The position numbers and the translations under genes were made by a program. 64,000 nucleotides of DNA from Rhizodiscina lignyota. Lineage: Eukaryota. Shown piece by piece: positions 12,197 to 21,337 of the stretch. Below the pieces are notes generated by a model that was given only the letters and a program-made list of their open reading frames with translations, made no database searches and was not told the origin of the DNA. The DNA lies in the NCBI GenBank assembly GCA_010015805.1, contig ML978123.1:1054001-1118000 (forward strand), read 5' to 3'. Position 1 is the first letter of the stretch, and each line of letters opens with the position of its first letter.

Positions 12197-14033
12197 TTAG
12201 AAGTGTTATAAGTAGTGTTGTGAGTATATTTTTATCGTATCTCTCTAGTTATGCAAATCGAGGACCTCGAAGTCTATCTTCATAACCTAGCCCACGAAGT
12301 GGCACAGCTTTCTACTACTCTATTAGGCGAAACAGAATTCCGAGCAGTAGTACAGATAGCGAAAAGGCTAGTGATTGACAGAAGACTCAACAAGTATTAA
12401 ACGCGATATCATCAAACATTAGCTGCTAAGCTCCAAGAAGCATCAAAGACCATTGATATGACGCTTTTACATCGTTCCGCACTGTGATGAGTATGTCTTG
12501 GACATGCTTGCCAGATCCTGTGCTGGATGTCCATGGGTCCTCGAATACGCTTCCTCCCACGTAAGGTGGTAAACTTCAAATATCAGCGAAACGAAGATAA
12601 AGAGATGGGCTAAGTCTAGATTTGGATGCGCCATATTTGACCCGTCTTCACATCGCATTGAAGGTAGCATATCAACATAAGGACAAGGCCGCAGTCGAAT
12701 ATCGGAAAAGGACTCTATGGGGCAACCTATACCATTTACTCAGTTGAGAAGAGATACGACGTGCATCCACAGTGTTAGCAGAGAGGGTCTTGCAAAGTCC
12801 AGTAAAATTCCGTCAGGACACCGTGCAATTGGCGGCCGCGGAACCAAGACGCAGCATTTGTTGTGCTCCATAGGAACCAGACGCGGCTGTGCCAAGCATA
12901 CGATCTGGTCTGGTATTGGAGGCCTCAACTGGGGGGAACTGCGGGCCTACTCAAGTTGCAAGCTCGGGGAGAGGATGCAGTACGAGGCTAAATTGAAACT
13001 TCGACAACGTTGCGGTCGCTTATTCGGTGGCTCCCATGGCCGTCGAAGACCATGCTCACATACATGTCGAAACCAGTGCGCATGTCCTTTCAGTTGGCGA
13101 AGTTGACGTTGAAAGCCGTGGAAATCGCACAGTCAGATGACCATTCCAGGCCCGTGGACAAGAGCCAGGGTTGTTAGTGTACAAGAACGTCTGTACATAA
13201 CGCTGGCAGCGCACTGGATTGGAGAAACATCCGTGCCCGCACATTTCTTTATTCCGCATCACAGTCGGCGGTAAAATCTTACATTGCCTCAACCGTCAAG
13301 AGGCAAAGCGGAATGATCCCGAGCTCTTATTTTTCATCCTGGAGAGTGAAGACAGAAGCAGGAGTCGTTAGAGGTGTGTACTTCGGGAAGTCGGTGGGTA
13401 CAGGACAGCGAGCCAGTCCCCTGGCCCGTCAACAGCACGGGAAGACCCTAGAAAAGCTGAGTACGATAACTCTCTTTCCCTTGTGGGCGCAAAGAGTTTC
13501 AAATGCTCAACGGATTTGCGCGCTTGAGGTCTGGAAATGCCGCATGGACCTCCCTGAAGCGGCGTAGCGCTGGCACTAGCGCAACGTGACGGCGATTGCC
13601 ATGTTCGCTTCTCGCGACCAGCATCACCAACCTGCCCCGCCTTCACCTTTGCTGTGCGAGCACGAGAGCAGTGGAGGAGAAGAGGGCGGGTCGACTGGAC
13701 TTTGCAGAGCCACATGGCCCCGATAACACGGTTCTCGCCAGCAGGACTAGCGTCGATATGGCAATTGAACGCGTTAACAGCGGATCTGGCGTCTGGCCTG
13801 GGCACTAATAGAAGCTGTCGACACCTCTGTTCCTTGGGCGGCAAAAATTGGCCGAGCGACGATCTCTTATCAGCACGCCGGCCATTGACGGGGGCGGGTA
13901 TGCGAGGAGAGAGTCGTGTACTATATAGCACGTATACATTAGGTAAAGCATCTACCGTGGTGGCCATAAGTCTTCAACCTGCCTCTCTCTTCTCCCCTTC
14001 CTCACTCCCACATTGTCACCTTCACCGTCCATC

Positions 14034-16291
14034 ATGTCGACCGAAGTAATCTCCTCCGCGCCGGCCATCAGGACCGTGAAATACACAGCAAAGCATGCGC
14101 TCGAGCCATTGAACGCCGAAGAAATTACCGGAGCAGCAAACCTCGTCAAATCGGTATGGCCGTCGCAGACAGATATCCATTTCAAAGTCGTTACGCTGCA
14201 TGAGCCCCCCAAGGCCGATGTGATCCCCTACCTTGAAGCGGAGCACTCAGGCAGACCGCTACCTTTCATTGCAAGAAAGGTCTTTGTGAACTACTATATC
14301 CGGAATACCGTAAGCTTGTCAATCGAAAGGCAAGAAGATGCCAAATCATTAATTGCTTACTCTAGAACCGGTTCCATGAAGCCATTGTCAACCTCTCAAA
14401 TGGAACAGTTGAACGCAATGTGCGGTTAGGCGCAAATGTACACGCCAATGGCGATGGCGACGAAATTGTCGCAATTGAGAATGCTGCATTAGCAGATGAG
14501 GGCGTCAAGGCGGAGCTTCAGAAGCTACAGCTGCCCGAAGGCGCAGTGGTCATCAGCGATCCATGGATATATGGTATACCTCATGAAGTCTACCATGGGT
14601 GAATCATTCGCTAACTTACTGCTCATAGGTGCCGATGGCGTCGACGACGACAATCGCATGTACCAATGCTTCCTCTACCTTCGCGATACCCAAAACCCGA
14701 ACGAGCTCGACTCGAACCACTACTCCCTTCCACTCCCTATCTCGCCTGTCCTTACAACCGACAACATGAGGGTCATCAGGATCGACAGACTGCCAACAGG
14801 CGCTGACAATACCATCACCGAAACAAAACCGTGGCAATTCAGGCCAGTAAACGAGTATATCCCTGAAGCGCAGCAGCTTCGGACAGACCTGAAGCCTCTA
14901 AATGTCCTACAACCCGAAGGCGCCAGCTTCACAATCAAGTCGCAAGGGCTTTCGAATATCATCGAGTGGCAGAAGTGGTCTTTCCGCGTGGGATACAACC
15001 AGCGTGAAGGCATGGTGCTCTACGACGTAAGGACATTCATGCATGCCCAATTCGAACGTATATCTAACGAAAACAGGTCCGCTACGACAACCGCTCCCTC
15101 TTCTACCGCCTCTCCCTCTCCGACATGAACATCCCTTACGCCGATCCTCGCCACCCATTCCACAAGAAATCCGCCTTCGACCTCGGCGATGCTGGTGCTG
15201 GTATCATGGCCAACAACCTCAAGCTTGGATGCGACTGCCTCGGCTCAATATCATACCTCGATGCTGTCCTCGCCAACGACAAGGGCGAGCCCTTCCCCAT
15301 GGAGAATGTGGTGTGCATCCATGAGCAAGACGCTGGCATCGGGTGGAAGCACACAAACTACCGCACCGGTCGCGCAGCTGTTGTGCGCAATCGCGAGCTC
15401 GTGCTGCAGATGATTATCACGGTGTCTAACTACGAGTACATCCTCGCCTTCATGTTCGACCAGGCCGGCCAGCTTACATACGAGGTCCGCGCCACTGGCA
15501 TCCTCTCGACGCAGCCCATCGATGACGGCGTCGATGTCCCCTTCGGCACACGCGTGCACCCAGGCGTACTTGCCGTGCACCATCAGCACATCTTCTCCCT
15601 GCGCGTCGACCCATTCCTCGAGGGTGTGAACAACCGGCTCGTCTACGATGAGGCCCACGCCCTGCCGCGCTCTGATTGGAACCCTCATGGCACTGGGTAC
15701 GAAGTCCACGAGACTGTCATCGACAAGTCCGGCGGCTACGATGCAGACTGGAGCAAGAACCGCATTTTCAAGATCCAGAACGCCGCTGTACGCAACCCCA
15801 TCAACGGCAAGCCGGTCGCGTACAAGATCCACGCCCCGCCCTTCCAGAAGATCCTGTCCGACTCGGACAGCTTCAACTATAAGCGCGCCGAGTTCGCCGA
15901 CCGCAATATCTACGTCACGCAGTACCGCGACGGCGAGCTGTATGCAGGTGGACAATACACCAATCAATCGCGCGGCGGCACGGGCGTGCGCTCGTGGGCA
16001 GATAGGCGGGACAATGTCCGTGATGAGGACATCGTGGTATGGGTGCAGTTCGGCATCAACCACGTGCCCAGGATCGAGGACTTCCCCGTCATGCCGTGTG
16101 AGATCCTCAAAGTCAGCTTCAAGCCGGTCAACTTCTTCGACAAGAACCCGGCGCTGGATGTACCGCCGAGCGAGCAGAGCTTCAATAAGAGTGTGCTGGT
16201 GAATAACGCACAGCAGCATGCACAGCCTGACGGGGCTGGGGAAGCAAAGGTGGGAGAGAACGGACAGGTTTGCTGCTCGAGTAAGTTGTAA
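14034..16291 (+). CDS. Copper-containing (TPQ) amine oxidase, peroxisomal (4 exons)
   Basis: ATG 14034; introns 14310..14365, 14574..14628 and 15027..15076; TVSNYEY TPQ consensus, HHQH copper ligands, HVPRIEDFPVMP; C-terminal SKL (PTS1). Confidence 0.95.
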
Positions 16292-16554
16292 TGGTGATAG
16301 ATTGATGAACGAAGATGGCGGATTATTCAAGCGGTGTGGAGACACTTTGAATTACTGATTCGGATGAGGTCATGACTTCAAGCAAAAGGAATAGAGATCA
16401 AATAGTGGTGTTCACATCAAATTTGCGATTTGGTATGACGAGCACATACAAATTCGAATGCAATCTATACGTGTCCCAGTGGGACTAATGCTTTGCTCCC
16501 AACCACCTCTTGCTGTTTCTAACAACCAGGCCAAGTCATCGAACGCATTTCTCC

Positions 16555-18615
16555 TCATACACTAATCCATCTCGCCATCCACGTGTCCGTGACATTCTTC
16601 GCCTCATCAACCAACCCCATATCAAGCAGCAGCTGCGTTGTTCCCCTCACCGCGCTCTCCAACGCACTAAAGATCCACGCATGAGTATAGCTCGTATGCT
16701 CGCCGATAAACACGGTGTTCATCTCCGTCCTAAAGAACGCCGGCAGATATAGCGGCTGCTGCGCGAGACTCGGCTCCGCCCACGCGCCCGCCTGGAACTC
16801 GTTCAACTCCCAGCAGATCCGGTCATAGTTCCCAGTGTACTCGCTCTCCGCCAGCGGGCCGAGCGTCTCGACCATCGCGCGCTGCACGTACGCGACGTGC
16901 TCCTCTTCTGTCATGGCGCCCAGGCTGCGGGCGGGCACGCCGGATTGGTACGAGGCGAGGATGACGCCCGGCATGCTGGAGTTGATCTTGTACGACGGGA
17001 AGCACACGTTGCCGATGCCGGGGATGTTGACGCTGCCGCAGCCGCCGAAGATGGGGTGTGCCAGGTGTTCCCAGAAGCGTGAGGCATAATGTAGAGCCAC
17101 TTTGCACGACTGCTCATAGTTGAAGGTGTTGATTGCGCGGGTGAGCAGGGACGAGAAGGAGGGCAAGCGCCAGAGACGCACTTTGGTGAAGGGCACGGCG
17201 ACAACAGTGTAGTCGAAAGACATCTTTGATGTCGTGAGGGCGAAGGGAGAGCCAGGTCGGTAGCCGACGGTCATTTTCTTTGCTTCCTCGTCCCAGGACA
17301 TTTCAGAGACGCTGACGCCAAACATTGTTTTGTCCAGGACGTGAGGTTCGAATGAGTGCGGAAGACGGCTCAAGCCTTGATCGATCGTACGCCAGGTCGT
17401 GGCCGAGAAGTATATAGTCTCGTAAGGCCATGAAGGCTCGACGTCGGCGAGGCCATCCGCCTCGTCGGTGATATTCCATGTATTGTGCATAACGTATCGC
17501 ATATATCCAGCCTCGGAGAAGTCAAACAGACCCCGATCGACGGACTCTTTGTGCGCCTTGAACACGTTGCGGCCAAATTCAGCCATGCGCTCCTTGTTGA
17601 GGTCGATCCAATTGTTGTATGCTGTCTCCGCTGCTTCCACGGCAGTTGCATTGGAGTAGGAAGCTGTCACGTTATTAGCAAGGGATGGGTCTGCTTTCAC
17701 TTCTGCAGCGCCGGGGATGGTGCCATCGGGTCTGCGTTTGGGCGTAGATACGGGCTGGTTTGCGGACGCCTGGATCCAAGGGATGAAATTGACAGCATAG
17801 GTAGGATCGTGATTGTTGAGCGCATTCATGTGATTGGCGAGTTGGAAGACGAGACGCATGTCTTGAATTTGCAACGTCTCGTTTGTGTCGGGATACGTGA
17901 TCGAGACTGGAAAACGCATCGGACCCATCTCCTGGTACTGATACTGATCTGGCGTGGTGCCATTGAGGTAGGACGTATGTACTCGACCACCAACACGCTG
18001 AGAGGCTTCAAGGATCGTCCAGCCATGAATGCCAACCGAATCCAGAAGCAGCGAAGTCATGAGACCGGACATGCCTCCTCCGATGATACCAATGGACTTT
18101 GACTTTGCCTGCGAGACGAATGCCGTTCCTGGCTCTTTTGCTTTCAGATGCGCAACACCGTCAAACCATGGTCCCTCGGCGTCTGCAATCTCTGCGATTG
18201 GAATAGTTTGACGGCGTGACTTTCTCCTGGCAATCCGGATCGGCTCCGATCGACCCACTAAGCGGCCTTCTGAGAATGCATGGAGGCAGCCACTATCTGG
18301 GGTATCCTGTGGCGGCAGCCACACGAACCTAGTGGGTCTCTGGTCTGCAGAGGTCTCTTTATGTCTCTTTGCTAATGGGTGACGGCCGACATGCGTTGTG
18401 CCGACATGGTGATGGCAATCAGTTGTGACGACGGCATCGCAGGAACCATAGTGCATGGATATTTCTCCGTCAACGTCATGTTCATATGAAATCCTAATGT
18501 TATGCACTCCGCCTGCCTCAGCGGCGAAAGGACCTTGGAATTTGATTGAAAACGCCGCAGGGCTGGACAGGACCCGAACTATGGGAACTGCCAAAAGCGT
18601 GAGAAACAACTGCAT
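16555..18615 (-). CDS. Secreted flavin L-amino-acid/amine oxidase
   Basis: Intronless; ATG 18615 with signal peptide; pro-region ending in RRKSRR; IIGGGMSGL FAD-binding motif, LEASQRVGGRVHT, EMGPMRFP and FIGEHTSYTHAWIFSALESA. Confidence 0.92.
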   Translation of the reverse strand: MQLFLTLLAVPIVRVLSSPAAFSIKFQGPFAAEAGGVHNIRISYEHDVDGEISMHYGSCDAVVTTDCHHHVGTTHVGRHPLAKRHKETSADQRPTRFVWLPPQDTPDSGCLHAFSEGRLVGRSEPIRIARRKSRRQTIPIAEIADAEGPWFDGVAHLKAKEPGTAFVSQAKSKSIGIIGGGMSGLMTSLLLDSVGIHGWTILEASQRVGGRVHTSYLNGTTPDQYQYQEMGPMRFPVSITYPDTNETLQIQDMRLVFQLANHMNALNNHDPTYAVNFIPWIQASANQPVSTPKRRPDGTIPGAAEVKADPSLANNVTASYSNATAVEAAETAYNNWIDLNKERMAEFGRNVFKAHKESVDRGLFDFSEAGYMRYVMHNTWNITDEADGLADVEPSWPYETIYFSATTWRTIDQGLSRLPHSFEPHVLDKTMFGVSVSEMSWDEEAKKMTVGYRPGSPFALTTSKMSFDYTVVAVPFTKVRLWRLPSFSSLLTRAINTFNYEQSCKVALHYASRFWEHLAHPIFGGCGSVNIPGIGNVCFPSYKINSSMPGVILASYQSGVPARSLGAMTEEEHVAYVQRAMVETLGPLAESEYTGNYDRICWELNEFQAGAWAEPSLAQQPLYLPAFFRTEMNTVFIGEHTSYTHAWIFSALESAVRGTTQLLLDMGLVDEAKNVTDTWMARWISV

Positions 18616-18662
18616 GACTGGCACTCAAAGTCGACCTATGGGTGACGAGGAACTGGACGTAT

Positions 18663-18843
18663 TGATAACATATCGATAGAGGCTGCCAGCGGCTTTTGAA
18701 CGCTTGCAATACCTACAGGTACTCGCATGTCGGAGCAATATTACATTCAATCCTGCATTATCTGTAGACATAGAATGAGGTCAACGTTCGTAAGTTATCA
18801 TTGAAGGATGTCGGCCTGCTCATCCGGGAGAGCAGATAGATAA
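18663..18843. promoter_or_regulatory. Cluster of HGATAR (AreA/NIT2-type GATA) sites upstream of the L-amino-acid oxidase
   Basis: TGATAA 18663, CGATAG 18674, TTATCT 18758, TTATCA 18795, AGATAG 18834 and AGATAA 18838, all within about 230 bp of the ATG. Confidence 0.55.
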
Positions 18844-19970
18844 GAAAACAGCCGAAGCTCGTAAACCGTGGAGAGAGACATCTCGTACGGAATATCGGAG
18901 TTCTGGATACAGACGGAGAGTGGATACACCTGCATTAACACTCATCCGCTCAGGTACTGGCCTATCAAAGGAAGGGATCGTCAGTTCGCATTGGAAAGCC
19001 GGTGTGACTTGAAGATGGATTTAATGAGTCAACTCCGGGAAATTGATTACTTCCCATGTAGAACGGTGATGGACGTTAGGTAGATACAGGTATGGATAAT
19101 GAGGAGTAAGAAGGAACAGGAAGGTACAGAGGTGTGGAGAAGATAACGACGCTGAACTGCATCTTGGCATATACACTAAAGGATCGGATACCACCAAGCG
19201 CGCACGATTAACTGTACGCTCGCATACTGCCGGCAAATACGGGATCGTGGCAGCTGTGTTGGTAAACTGTCCGTGAGGCGCGGTAGTTGTCAACTTGCTG
19301 GGGCTTCGACGCATAGCGGAAGGGCCGGTAATTGATAGGATGGGGGCAGGACTGGCGAGATTGAAAGTGAATGGACTGAAGATCGCCAAGGTACATCCTG
19401 ATGATGCTCTTCTCGCACGACCGGCTCGCCAAATGCAATCTTGGATAGGCAAGGAGGTGTAGGAAGGATCGTGTACCTCGCTACGATGGAGAGCTACTCC
19501 TAGCTCCCCGAAACAAGCAATCCTCCACATAAAGGGCCTTGACTTTGGGTATGCGCTTCATTTATAGAGCTCAGGATTTCCAGAGCTCATTAGCGAGTCA
19601 GCGGAATATTTTACAAGTATAGTGGGATTTCTTAAAGGTAACGCTGAAGCCATGGATTCACGAATAGAGTAAAGACAGCATGTGCAGTTACATCCATCTG
19701 GATATACGCTACCTAACGTAGACTAAATTGGCCAAACCCAGTTCTCTGGTGAATTTGCCCACTCGAGAAGACCATCCAGACAAGCGAGAACTTTTGAGAA
19801 GAGATGACGCCCTCACACATACGATGCAGTTTGCCATCCCAAAGGTATTTTCAAATGACATGCCCAACGCCATCGCTATGCTTTTCCCTTTTCCAGTCAA
19901 ATCAAGCGCATCGATACTTGACTTTCACCGCATCTGTAATGCTTCCTATTATTCTCACTCTCCTCTTCCC

Positions 19971-20964
19971 TTAATACCCACGTTGTTGCTCGGCGGCGAA
20001 CTGCGCCCTCAACTGTAGGATCTGATTCCTTTGTTCGGGCGGTAGGGCATTGATTGTCGCTTGTGGCATTTCCATAACCTGCCTCATCAATTGCTCTCTT
20101 CCTGGCATCGCAGGCGCCGCTGGTTGAGGAGGCGGCTGAGGAGGCGGATACTGTCCCATTGTTGGTGGTGTCGGCATGTACGGCTGTCCCATCTGGGGAT
20201 ATGGCTGGGCGTAGGGAGGTTGAACAGACGGCGGAGGAACTGGCACAGCTGCTGGAGGTTGTGGTATAGGAGCCGGAGCGGCTGGTTGTTCGACTTCTTG
20301 CTGGGCTTCTTGCTGAAGAATGCTATGGAGCACTGAAGTTTCGACAAGACCGAGAAGGAGAAGTGACTGGAACATGGCATAGGAGATCTGGGGCGCCTGG
20401 CGGAAGAGTTCGATGGCTTGCGCTGGATTGCTCATTACAAGACCCTTCATTTGCGAGAGAATGTCCAGTAGTTGTGGTGGCGGAAGAGCGCGTAGGGTAC
20501 GGGAGATAGCGTCTGGACAACTGATGTTTGGAGGAAGATCTGCGCCAGGTGGAAGTGGAGGGAGTGCGCTCGATTGCTGCACTTGTGGCGCATCTTGTCC
20601 GTTGACCGCGGGGTGGTTGCTTGGAGCATTCTGCCCACTGCTTTCGTTCGAGCCGCCATCATTTGACCAGTCTACGCGTAGTTTGCGCCCCATGAGTTCG
20701 TGCTCGTTCAGATTTCGCACAGCAGACGCGGCCGAGTCTGGATCTGCGTATTCTGCGAAGCCGAAGCCTTTGGGCTTGCCAGTGTCTTTGTCGTGTACGA
20801 GGCGGAAATTGACGACGTGACCAACGCGGCCGAGTGTTTCCATGAGGATGTCTTCCGATACACCTATAAAGGATTGATAGCGTTATTCCTCGTTTTCAGA
20901 TTGAGCGAATCTTACCATACGGGATGTTCCCTACGAAGACGACGCGATTTTTATCCGGCGCCAT
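19971..20964 (-). CDS. RNA15: Cleavage stimulation factor CstF-64/Rna15 (2 exons)
   Basis: ATG 20964; intron 20915..20864; RRM (VVFVGNIPYG ... KPKGFGFAEY), hinge domain and CSTF C-terminal motif INALPPEQRNQILQLR. Confidence 0.94.
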
Positions 20965-21337
20965 GATGTGAGCCCAATTTGACCACGCGTGAAGGTAAAT
21001 GTGGTAGGTGTGATGTAAACACACAATTGAAGATCGAAAGGATGAAGCGCAGGATGTAGAAGAGAGCAATGGCGAGACGGTCGGTGGTTGTTGAAAGAAT
21101 GATGCTGATCCCGGCAATGTTCAAAGCTTTTGGTTTGCTGCAAGCGCAGAGCCGCAACACCATCGTCACAGTCCAAGTCACGCTTCGACAGCGGCATCAA
21201 AACGTGCAAACAACAGAAAAAGCCGCCTTTGCCGCCGATACCTTCCCCCCGACATCCCCCAAAGCGCGCTCATTCCTTGCGGCATGGTCAAACGATAGCT
21301 ATACAATTGTTCGCTTCGTGAGCGGGCCCCTTCCGCC

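Noticed and set aside
11944..12285. 113-aa ORF with a repeated (V/I)xP(E/K)(Y/C) pattern
   Set aside because: Translation of the RIP-like minisatellite; no independent coding evidence.
15251..16345. 364-aa antisense ORF and other overlapping ORFs
   Set aside because: By-product of high GC3 in the copper amine oxidase exon; no motifs.
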